24,174 nucleotides of DNA from an uncultured archaeon (GTDB lineage Archaea > Asgardarchaeota > Lokiarchaeia > Sigyniarchaeales > SOKP01). The notes beneath the pieces were generated by a model, which made no database searches, had not been told where the DNA came from, and saw only the letters and a program-made list of their open reading frames with translations. The stretch covers positions 1-24,174 of the forward strand of contig CAZOYD010000053.1 of the NCBI GenBank assembly GCA_964583985.1, given 5' to 3'. Shown here in pieces: positions 15,658-23,933 of this stretch. Position 1 is the stretch's first letter; each line of letters begins with the position of its first letter. The position numbers and the translations under genes were made by a program.

Positions 15658-17367
15658 TTACATTTGGTCTAAAGTTTCTATACTTAATATATTTAGTCCT
15701 ATTTTTATCACAATTTGAACACAATAAATTAATAATAATCGAACTTTCTCTAATTCTTTATCTTCAGAAATTACTTGACAAGAAGAATAAAAGGAATTAA
15801 AGGATTGGCATAATGTTAATAAATACTGAGGAATAATGTGAATGTTATAGGATTTTGCAGCAGAACCTATTATCTCTGGAAAATAGGTAAGATGTTTCAA
15901 TAGGAGTAATTCTGTTTGATGAGTTAATAATCCCCATTTCACGTTTAGATCAATATCTCTTCCTGATTTGGAAATAATAGAGTTAATGCGTGCATTACAA
16001 TATAGTATGTACGGCCCAGTTTCCCCCTCAAAAGAAATGCTTTCTTTTGGATTAAAGGTAAATCCTTTTACTGGGCTATATTTCAAGATATAAAATTTTA
16101 AAGCAGCCATTCCGATGATTTCTGCTCTATATTTCCTTTCTTCTTCAGATAGACTTGGATATCTTTTATTTACCTCTTCAAATGCTAATTTCTCTACTTT
16201 TGAGATAATATCATCGGCATCAACAATTGTTCCCTCTCGACTTTTCATTTTACCCTCAGGTAAATCTATCATCCCATAAGATAGGTGAAAATTATCTTCT
16301 TTAAAGCCCAATAAGTCAAGTATCGCAAATAACCATTTGAAATGTTGAATTTGCTCATCTGCAACAACATAAATAGATTTATCATAATTGAAATCTTTCT
16401 TTTTAATATAGGCAAGATATATATCCTGAGTTATATAAATTGAAGTACCGTCACTCCTCATAAGTATTTTATCTTCAAGGTTATATTTCTCTTTTAGGTG
16501 TGCGATTATGGCTCCATCTTCCATCTTGTCAAATATTCCTTTTTTTAAGCCTTCATTTATAATCTCTTTACCCTTTAAATATAGATTTGATTCATAATAT
16601 TCTTTATCAAATTTTATGCCTAATTTCTTGTAAGTAATTTTAAAACCATCAAATGCCCATTTATTCATCTTTTTCCACAAATCTCTTGTTTCCTTATCTC
16701 CCTCTTCCCATAATTTTAACATATTACGAGTTTCAGATTCTAATTGAGGATCTTTTTCAAGCATTTGACTGTACTTAACATAAAAATTTCCAACAAAATG
16801 ATCGCTTTTTATATCAGGATCTTTATTTTCCCCCCATTTTTTATAAGCAATCATGCTTTTGCAGATATGAATTCCTCTATCGTTATTTAAATTAACTTGA
16901 AAGACGGTATATCCTTTATACATGAGCAAGTTTGAAAGAGATTTACCTAACAACATGTTTCTAATGTGCCCAAAATGAAGCGGTTTATTAGTATTTGGTG
17001 ATGGATATTCAATTACCACGTTAGTTTTGGGAATCGGACTAGTAATCTCGTGAATTTTGCCATATTTTTCTTGTAGTAAGAAAATATTTTCTAGTATTAT
17101 TTGAGGGCTGACCAAAAAATTAAGATACGATCCCTCCACTTCCACACTTTTTATGGATTTAGGTAAGTTGATCTTGTTTTTCAATTCTTCCGCGATGTGG
17201 TGAGGAGCTTTTTTTTCAAATTTAGCTAATCTATAACAAGGAAAAGCATAAGTAAAACTGAATTCATCTGGTGGAATCTCGATAAAGGATTCTAATTCCT
17301 CAATTGAAAAATACGAAATGTATTCAGATAATATTTCTGCTATAAATTTCTTATCGATAATATTCAT
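15658..17367 (-). CDS. argS: Arginine--tRNA ligase
   Basis: EYPSPNTNKPLHFGHIRN (HIGH), RSDGTSIYITQD, GKMKSREG, FEGETGPYILY..ARI, DALR domain. Confidence 0.98.
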   Translation of the reverse strand: MNIIDKKFIAEILSEYISYFSIEELESFIEIPPDEFSFTYAFPCYRLAKFEKKAPHHIAEELKNKINLPKSIKSVEVEGSYLNFLVSPQIILENIFLLQEKYGKIHEITSPIPKTNVVIEYPSPNTNKPLHFGHIRNMLLGKSLSNLLMYKGYTVFQVNLNNDRGIHICKSMIAYKKWGENKDPDIKSDHFVGNFYVKYSQMLEKDPQLESETRNMLKLWEEGDKETRDLWKKMNKWAFDGFKITYKKLGIKFDKEYYESNLYLKGKEIINEGLKKGIFDKMEDGAIIAHLKEKYNLEDKILMRSDGTSIYITQDIYLAYIKKKDFNYDKSIYVVADEQIQHFKWLFAILDLLGFKEDNFHLSYGMIDLPEGKMKSREGTIVDADDIISKVEKLAFEEVNKRYPSLSEEERKYRAEIIGMAALKFYILKYSPVKGFTFNPKESISFEGETGPYILYCNARINSIISKSGRDIDLNVKWGLLTHQTELLLLKHLTYFPEIIGSAAKSYNIHIIPQYLLTLCQSFNSFYSSCQVISEDKELEKVRLLLIYCVQIVIKIGLNILSIETLDQM

Positions 17368-17491
17368 TTTGGTGAAGGAATGCGATTCAAGTTTGGATCT
17401 AAGATATGCATGTAACTTTTATCTGTTTTGTAAAATATATTCTAAATAACTCATAAAATTTACGTTATTTTTCAAATAGATGTGATTCAGA

Positions 17492-18700
17492 ATGTCATTC
17501 AAGCACGATAATAAGTTTATATTTCCAAAATGGCCCATTTATGATAAAAATGAAATTCAAAATTTAACTGATGTCATAAAATCTGGAGATTGGTGGTGTG
17601 GTTCTCCCGGATTGCATCAAGGAGAACATGTCTGGAGCTTTCAAGAAGAATTTGCAAAATTCCAAGAAGCTCATCATTGTATCGCTGTTTTTAACGGCAC
17701 GGTTGCGATTGAATCCGCTTTAATGGCATTGGGCATCGGTTTAGGAGATGAAGTTATCGTATCAGATTACACATTCGTAGCTTCTGCTTCTGCTGCTATA
17801 GCTACTAATGCCGTGCCAATATTTTGTGATATAAATCATGAGACGCTTGTGATGGACGTAAGTAAAATAGAAGGTTTAATAACCAAACGTACTAAAGCTA
17901 TTATAGCAGTGCATTTAGCAGGAAATCCCGTTGAGATGGATGTATTAATGGAAATAGCTAATAAATTTAATCTTCACGTGGTTGAGGATTGTTCCCATGC
18001 ACATGGGTCAAGATACAAGGGAAAGCACGTTGGTAATTGGGGTGATGCTGGCACGTTTAGCTTTCAAGCTTCAAAAGTGCTTACAGGTGGAGAAGGTGGC
18101 GCTGTAATTTGTAATTCTAAAGACTTAGCTGATAAGATCTATTCTTACACCGATTGTGGTAGAATAATTAATGGTTATGGTTATAAACACGATTCTTATG
18201 GAACTAATTATCGAATGACTGAATATCAAGCAGCGGTGCTTCAAGCTCAATTAAAAAAATTCCCCGCTCAGCATAAGCTTAGAAATGAAAATGCTATTTA
18301 TTTAATGGAGCAGTTAAATAAAATAGATGGAATTCAAGTAATGAAACCTACTCCTGGAACCATGGAACTGGGGTGGTATGTTTATCCCATTGTTTTTGAT
18401 CCAAAAAAATTTAATGGAATAACAAAATCACAATTTTATAAAAAATTAAATCGTGCTGGAATTCCCACTGATGATTGCTACCCCCCATTACATGGATTAG
18501 AATGCTTTAAAAATATAGTTTTGAAAAAAAATGTTGATTATTCAGGCGCAAATTGGGGTAAATCCAAAAGTGAAGATAAAAATTTTCCTGTTGTTTCAGA
18601 TATTTATTCTAGGAGTGTAGAATTTCCACATGAGATCCTTTTAGCATCAAGAGATAAGTTAGATTCAATTGTAAAATTTATTTTATCATTAAAAAACTAA
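17492..18700 (+). CDS. DegT/DnrJ/EryC1/StrS aminotransferase (RifK/BtrR-like subtype)
   Basis: N-terminal FPKWP, NGTVAI, GDEVIV..YTFVASASA, EDCSHAHG, FSFQASKVLTGGEGG, NYRMTEYQAAVL. Confidence 0.94.
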   Translation: MSFKHDNKFIFPKWPIYDKNEIQNLTDVIKSGDWWCGSPGLHQGEHVWSFQEEFAKFQEAHHCIAVFNGTVAIESALMALGIGLGDEVIVSDYTFVASASAAIATNAVPIFCDINHETLVMDVSKIEGLITKRTKAIIAVHLAGNPVEMDVLMEIANKFNLHVVEDCSHAHGSRYKGKHVGNWGDAGTFSFQASKVLTGGEGGAVICNSKDLADKIYSYTDCGRIINGYGYKHDSYGTNYRMTEYQAAVLQAQLKKFPAQHKLRNENAIYLMEQLNKIDGIQVMKPTPGTMELGWYVYPIVFDPKKFNGITKSQFYKKLNRAGIPTDDCYPPLHGLECFKNIVLKKNVDYSGANWGKSKSEDKNFPVVSDIYSRSVEFPHEILLASRDKLDSIVKFILSLKN

Positions 18701-18780
18701 TTAATTTGAGATTTTTGTTTAAATAAAAATTATAAATGATAAACTAGGCTACTTAAATAAGTATTTGGTATATCTCTATA

Positions 18781-19122
18781 ATGGATATTGAAACGTTATT
18801 ATTGAAATGGAATGAAGATACTGATAAATTCGAGCCAATTCAGTCAGATCAAGGTATGCATGAAGGAATTTTTTTGGAACTTATTGAAGAAAATAGAATT
18901 TGGAAATATTTTTACATTAAAGGCGCATCTTTAATAACTAGACGTACTGCAAGAAGAGCAGCAAATGGAATTGCTAAGACGGGATATGTTCACCCTTCCA
19001 ATAACATTCGTCATGGAGTAGAGTTCACTCTTGAAGAAGAATTATCACCTTTTGAAGATATGCCAGAAGATATTCAAAAATCCCAGAGAGATTGGTATGG
19101 TGGGCATTATAAAGAATTTTAG
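18781..19122 (+). CDS. Hypothetical protein (113 aa), possibly gelsolin/ADF-like fold
   Basis: Clean ATG ORF. A strand-strand-long helix pattern (IFLELIEENRIWKYFYIKGASLITRRTARRAANGI) resembles gelsolin-type domains. The fold call is tentative. Confidence 0.65.
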   Translation: MDIETLLLKWNEDTDKFEPIQSDQGMHEGIFLELIEENRIWKYFYIKGASLITRRTARRAANGIAKTGYVHPSNNIRHGVEFTLEEELSPFEDMPEDIQKSQRDWYGGHYKEF

Positions 19123-19134
19123 ATTTTTTCTTTT

Positions 19135-20181
19135 TCATTCATCTATTTCTTCTATTTTATTTGTTTGAGCACTTTTGTACATTGCTTCAACAATTTTCAA
19201 TATTTTCAAACCATATTTTGCATTCGTTAAAGGTTTTTTATTATTCAATATGCAGTCCATAAAATGGGCAATTTCTTGCGGATAACCAAAATTCCAAGCT
19301 TCAGATGGAACAGGAAATGTCCATCCTCTTGTAGATCCTGCTTTTTCAACGGCATAGCCATATCCTTTTTCACTATAGACACTCATTAAATTCGAGAAGG
19401 TCGGTGAAACTTTTATTTGTCCTTCTGTGCCAAATAATTCAAACCTCATATCATAACCTCCTGGTGCTGTCCATGATTCTTCAATAACGATTTGAGCATC
19501 ATTCTCAAAATATAATACTCCTATGGCATTATCCTCAACTTCACATTTACCAAATCTTCCTCTTTCTGGAATAATGGTTTTCGTCTGACAGAAAACTTTA
19601 ACTACATCACAATTTAAATACCACACTAAACAAGCAATATCATGTATACCTAAATCTAATAAAGCACCTCCTCCTGATTCTTTTTCTTTATAGAACCACG
19701 CTGAATGCGGACCAGAATGTTGTTCTTTTCCCCGACCCATATAAATTTGACCTAATGCCCCCTCATCAATCACCTCCTTAACCTTGCTAAAAGTGGGAGC
19801 ATACATGTTATTTTCACAATAAAATATCTTCCTGTTGGACGAATTTTCTGCATCGAGCATTTCCTCCCCCTCTATAACATTCCTAGCTAATGGTTTTTCA
19901 ATAAGTGCGTGTTTTCCAGAATTCAATATTTTTATTGTAATATCCTTATGAAGAAAATTTGGAACACATGCGGATATAGCATCACAATCTAGCTTTAGGA
20001 GATCTTCATAATTTTTCAATGGATTTCCTGAAATTCCATGCTTTCTCATGAGAATTTTAGCTTCCTCTGTATTGAGAGAGGAAAGCCCAACAATTTTTAC
20101 ATTTGGTAATAATGAATATGCATAACAGTGGTGGTTTGCAATAAATCCCGAGCCTATAATACCTATTCTTAATTTATCCAT
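19135..20181 (-). CDS. Gfo/Idh/MocA family NAD(P)-dependent oxidoreductase
   Basis: RIGIIGSGFIA, VPNFLH, GKHALIEKPLA, SGGGALLDLGIHDI, VEDNA. ATG 20181 follows an AGGTTGA SD-like sequence. Confidence 0.95.
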   Translation of the reverse strand: MDKLRIGIIGSGFIANHHCYAYSLLPNVKIVGLSSLNTEEAKILMRKHGISGNPLKNYEDLLKLDCDAISACVPNFLHKDITIKILNSGKHALIEKPLARNVIEGEEMLDAENSSNRKIFYCENNMYAPTFSKVKEVIDEGALGQIYMGRGKEQHSGPHSAWFYKEKESGGGALLDLGIHDIACLVWYLNCDVVKVFCQTKTIIPERGRFGKCEVEDNAIGVLYFENDAQIVIEESWTAPGGYDMRFELFGTEGQIKVSPTFSNLMSVYSEKGYGYAVEKAGSTRGWTFPVPSEAWNFGYPQEIAHFMDCILNNKKPLTNAKYGLKILKIVEAMYKSAQTNKIEEIDE

Positions 20182-20214
20182 ACAATTCAACCTATTATTC
20201 TATGACTTTAAAAA

Positions 20215-21330
20215 TTATGATAAATCTTTCCAAAATTCCGTCGGATTAATTATTTTTTTGATATGAGAGAATGGACAGGCAGCAATACAATTACCACAAT
20301 CGCTAGAATTAACAATCCAAAATTCAAAGCATTTTTCCACATTAACATAGTATTTTTTTATACCTGGATTATTTGAAATACTGATCGGATTAAAATTTGG
20401 TTCTTCTTCAAAGCTTATTGCCTTAGTTTCGCAAGATTCTGAGCACTTAAAGCATCTCTTGCAGGTTTTTTCCACTTTTTTTATAAAATTCAAATTAGGC
20501 ACATCGGAAATTAGAGGTAGATCGGTGAAAACCTTACATATTCTCACTCTTGGACCAAATTCGGGTGTAATTAATAATCCATGTCTTCCTAAAGCTCCAA
20601 GACCTGCATCTAATGCTAACGGTATGCTAAGAGCAGTGTCGTTTCCGCATTGAATTGCACGATATCCTAAGTTCCTAATGAATTCCCCCAAACATGAAAT
20701 TATAAACGCCATCTTGGAATAAGTTAGAGAAGCAGCAGCAGCTGCAGGTTGAGCCGGAGCTGTCGAAATAGCATCGTGATCCATTTCAATTGCCATGACA
20801 ATTACTTTATTGATCCCATCAGGTAATATAATTGGAGTATCTAAATCTGAATTAGTTTGAGAGCCCTCCCTCACCCCTTTCTTTGATTCTGCTTCACTTA
20901 CTCCAATTGGTCTTACAAAACCCGTTTTGAAAGTCCATTTATCATTCACATCTGCTATACCTACTAAAGAAGCTCCAAAAAATTTTGCAGCCTTCTTTAT
21001 TTGTGTAGTAATTAAATTTTGATCCATTATTTCCATTTTAGATTTCATCCAATTCATTCCATAACCGATATCTATATCTTCAGTTCTCTCCCACGAGAAA
21101 GCAGAAGGAAATTTTTCATATATTGTCCAACCTGCGGCTACTAAAGCGAAATCTATTCGATTATATCCATCCTTTTTAGAGTTAATGTGAGATTCAATAT
21201 TTTGATCAAACATTTTTCCAAAAGTTGGTAGACTTTTATCCCACGTGCGTCTATAGATCATATTGTTTTTTTCTTTAAAACGCTCGTATTTTTCTTCATC
21301 AATTTCATAAGGATAATCTTTAAAATTCAT
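20215..21330 (-). CDS. rdhA: Reductive dehalogenase-like cobalamin/2x[4Fe-4S] protein (RdhA family, no TAT leader)
   Basis: IKKAAKFFGASLVGIA, VIVMAIEMD, YSKM, EFIRNLGYRA, AGLGALGRHGLLITPEFGPRVR..KVFTDLPL, CxxCxxCxxxC (CKRCFKCSESC), NPGIKK, C-FEFW-x5-CGNCIAACPF. Confidence 0.85.
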   Translation of the reverse strand: MNFKDYPYEIDEEKYERFKEKNNMIYRRTWDKSLPTFGKMFDQNIESHINSKKDGYNRIDFALVAAGWTIYEKFPSAFSWERTEDIDIGYGMNWMKSKMEIMDQNLITTQIKKAAKFFGASLVGIADVNDKWTFKTGFVRPIGVSEAESKKGVREGSQTNSDLDTPIILPDGINKVIVMAIEMDHDAISTAPAQPAAAAASLTYSKMAFIISCLGEFIRNLGYRAIQCGNDTALSIPLALDAGLGALGRHGLLITPEFGPRVRICKVFTDLPLISDVPNLNFIKKVEKTCKRCFKCSESCETKAISFEEEPNFNPISISNNPGIKKYYVNVEKCFEFWIVNSSDCGNCIAACPFSHIKKIINPTEFWKDLS

Positions 21331-21468
21331 AATTTAAAATCAATTCGGCATTAATAAACTTCATTTTAAGAATTATCTTAATTATATATATTTGATAAAA
21401 CAATACATAAAAAGTTTAAAGAATAAACATATAATTATGCAGTCAATTTCACTTGAAAAAAGATAATC

Positions 21469-21846
21469 ATGACTAACAAGAGATTTATTGTTCAACTAGG
21501 GTGTGGAACGGACCAGCATGGTCACGATAATGATTGTACCCACGCAGCAATTAAAGCAATAAAGAATGCAATATCAAATAATTGCTTAACGGGATTATTA
21601 GAAATATGTGGTTTAAAAGATCCAAAGGATCTTCTCGCCATGAAAGTTCACGTGAAGATTGGTGCTCCCTATCCTGACAAATTAGATCACAAAAAAGTAC
21701 TGAAAGCAGTACCATTTGGTTTAAAATCGCTTGAAGTTGTTAAGGGAGGATTGGTAGCAGATGGAATCATGATAAAAGAATTAGGAGATACTTCAAATAA
21801 GATGATAATGTGCAATGCTGCAGTGACTGTATCAATATCAATTTAA
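21469..21846 (+). CDS. Lin0512 family protein
   Basis: KRFIVQLGCGTDQHG...AAIKAIKNAI, VKIGAPYPD, VLKAVPFG, VVKGGL, NAAVTV. Confidence 0.85.
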   Translation: MTNKRFIVQLGCGTDQHGHDNDCTHAAIKAIKNAISNNCLTGLLEICGLKDPKDLLAMKVHVKIGAPYPDKLDHKKVLKAVPFGLKSLEVVKGGLVADGIMIKELGDTSNKMIMCNAAVTVSISI

Positions 21847-21881
21847 TCTCAAATTATTGAATTAAACATTAACTGATAAAA

Positions 21882-22457
21882 ATGGATAATAGATGTGAAT
21901 GGGTTGGGAATGATCCTTTAATGCGAGAATATCATGATACCGAGTGGGGGACCCCTCAACATGATGATCAAATCCTCTATGAATTATTAATTTTAGAAGG
22001 AATGCAAGCTGGACTTAGTTGGAGTACCGTGCTTAAAAAACGTGAAAATTTCAGAAAAGCTTTTGATAATTTTGATTATAGGATTATAGCTAACTACGAT
22101 GAGGATAAAGTTGAAAAACTACTTTTAGACGAAGGAATTATACGAAATCGACTAAAAATCAATTCTGCTATTATAAATGCAAAATGCTTCATCAAGATTC
22201 AGGCAGAATTTGGTTCATTTGATAATTATATCTGGAAATTTGTAAATAACAAACCAATAGATAATAAATGCACATCAATGAGTGATATACCAGCTCATAC
22301 GGAAATTTCTGATTTAATAAGTAAGGAAATGAAAAAGCGAGGTTTTAAATTCGTTGGTAGTACAATAATCTATGCATTCATGCAAGCAATTGGAATGGTA
22401 AATGATCATGCTGACTATTGTTTTAGATACGAAGAAATTAATAAATTAATGGTTTAA
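21882..22457 (+). CDS. tag: DNA-3-methyladenine glycosylase I
   Basis: RCEW...YHDTEWG, LEGMQAGLSW..VLKKRENFRKAF, IIRNRLKI, KKRGFKFVG, QAIGMVNDH..C. Confidence 0.97.
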   Translation: MDNRCEWVGNDPLMREYHDTEWGTPQHDDQILYELLILEGMQAGLSWSTVLKKRENFRKAFDNFDYRIIANYDEDKVEKLLLDEGIIRNRLKINSAIINAKCFIKIQAEFGSFDNYIWKFVNNKPIDNKCTSMSDIPAHTEISDLISKEMKKRGFKFVGSTIIYAFMQAIGMVNDHADYCFRYEEINKLMV

Positions 22458-23756
22458 CTCTAAATTTTCTAATCCAATTTCTTCTTCTGCATATTGTTTT
22501 AGTGCGTTCCATTGTTCTTCAGAAGTTCCAAAATATTTGAATAAACCTATTCCTAAACCAAAATCAAACCCTCTCATTTGTTTTAACATTTCTTGAGCAT
22601 CACATTCAACGGAATTTGTTACTGTTAATGCAGGACTTTTAAACTCATGAGCTCTCTTTTTCATGTTCCTTATAAAGTACCAATAGAATAAATCAGCTAA
22701 TTTTCCCCAAAACCATCCGTCATCCCTAGTCCCCATTAAATATGGGTATTCCATTGGAGAAGCAATATCTAGAATGGAGGAAAGTTTTTCCCAATCCTGT
22801 CCTAATCTCTTCCGAGTAAACATTTTTTTAGGTCCTGGAAGACAAAACCAACCTGAAACGCAATTATTATTCGTAGATTTAATTATATTATGCAATTTCT
22901 GAGCATATTCAGCAATATTATCTGCTTTAAAATCGTACCATTCCTTACTCTTCAGTAATTTAGATTTTACTCCATATTGATCAGTAAATTTCTCTCTACA
23001 CCTATTGCAATGGCAAAGATCTGTATATGCTCCATCATATCTAATGTAATCTGCAAACAAACCCATAATCTTGTAATTTTTTACAACTTCCTCGGCGATA
23101 TCAACTAAATAGTCAATGTGTTTGCTTGTAGGACACATGAAACTCGTGAGAGGGATATATCCCTTTCCTCTAGCTCCTCTTGATTTACCAATTTTAGCAT
23201 CCATCTCCGTTGTAAGGAAAGGTATTTTTTTTTGATATTCTTCAATTGATATACCGTCAGGTAAATCTACCCTCATTTCTCCTTCTTTATGAGTAGATAT
23301 ATCACCTTTTGCAAATTTTTTTCCTTTTTTTTTGCTACTTTTTCCATGCACACTAACACGTTCGGGGTGTAAATATCCTTGATAAGCATCGTTCATACTG
23401 GTAAAGGACGCCATTATTTTTATATTCCTATCCTTCCCAGAATCACAAAATTCTCCCAAAATATCACGATTAGTTGGATTCCAACCTATCTTAGTATTCC
23501 AAAGACAAGCTCCATCTGTATCCTTAATAACAAGACCGAGAACATTGAAATGATTATCCTCTAATTTATCCAATATTTTAACTACATTTAAATCATTTTC
23601 AACAAATTCATAGTCCAATTTTCTAAATCCATGAAGACCTCTTACAGGCATTAATGCCATGGCGAATATTTTTTTAACTCCAATCTTATTGCGCACTTCA
23701 AGTGTTTTTACTAGATCGAAAGTAAAATAATTTGACCAATCTATATTATTTTTCAT
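22446..23756 (-). CDS. Putative glycoside hydrolase-like TIM-barrel protein (GHL10/DUF4015-like)
   Basis: VIKDTDG, DILGEFC...RNIKI, FMCPT, GLFADYIRY, CHCNRCREKF, GQDW...LDIASPMEY. Exact family uncertain. Confidence 0.7.
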   Translation of the reverse strand: MKNNIDWSNYFTFDLVKTLEVRNKIGVKKIFAMALMPVRGLHGFRKLDYEFVENDLNVVKILDKLEDNHFNVLGLVIKDTDGACLWNTKIGWNPTNRDILGEFCDSGKDRNIKIMASFTSMNDAYQGYLHPERVSVHGKSSKKKGKKFAKGDISTHKEGEMRVDLPDGISIEEYQKKIPFLTTEMDAKIGKSRGARGKGYIPLTSFMCPTSKHIDYLVDIAEEVVKNYKIMGLFADYIRYDGAYTDLCHCNRCREKFTDQYGVKSKLLKSKEWYDFKADNIAEYAQKLHNIIKSTNNNCVSGWFCLPGPKKMFTRKRLGQDWEKLSSILDIASPMEYPYLMGTRDDGWFWGKLADLFYWYFIRNMKKRAHEFKSPALTVTNSVECDAQEMLKQMRGFDFGLGIGLFKYFGTSEEQWNALKQYAEEEIGLENLELNH

Positions 23757-23903
23757 GATTCAATATTTTCAAGTAATACATTCTTGATATTATACTAATT
23801 TTTAAAATTTATATGCATGGAATAAATATTAAATACTATATAAAGAACTTAAAGTTAAAAAGATAATATTAATTAAATAAGTATAGTAGAAGGCAAGAAA
23901 AAA

Positions 23904-23933
23904 ATGTCAATACTATTGGAAACGGTATTATAA
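23904..23933 (+). other. 9-codon upstream ORF (MSILLETVL*) whose stop overlaps the GTPase ATG (TAATG)
   Basis: ATG 23904; TAA 23931-23933 shares its last A with ATG 23933. Confidence 0.35.

Noticed and set aside
5845-18220. Identical 19-mer TAATTATCGAATGACTGAA in both DegT genes
   Set aside because: It encodes the conserved NYRMTE motif of paralogs in an AT-biased code and is not a mobile repeat.
438-23564. Short overlapping ORFs in the track (e.g. 438-623, 596-841, 2556-2948, 7700-7954, 8765-9061, 10252-10434, 11994-12215, 23379-23564)
   Set aside because: They are antisense or off-frame shadows of well-supported genes, with no motifs.
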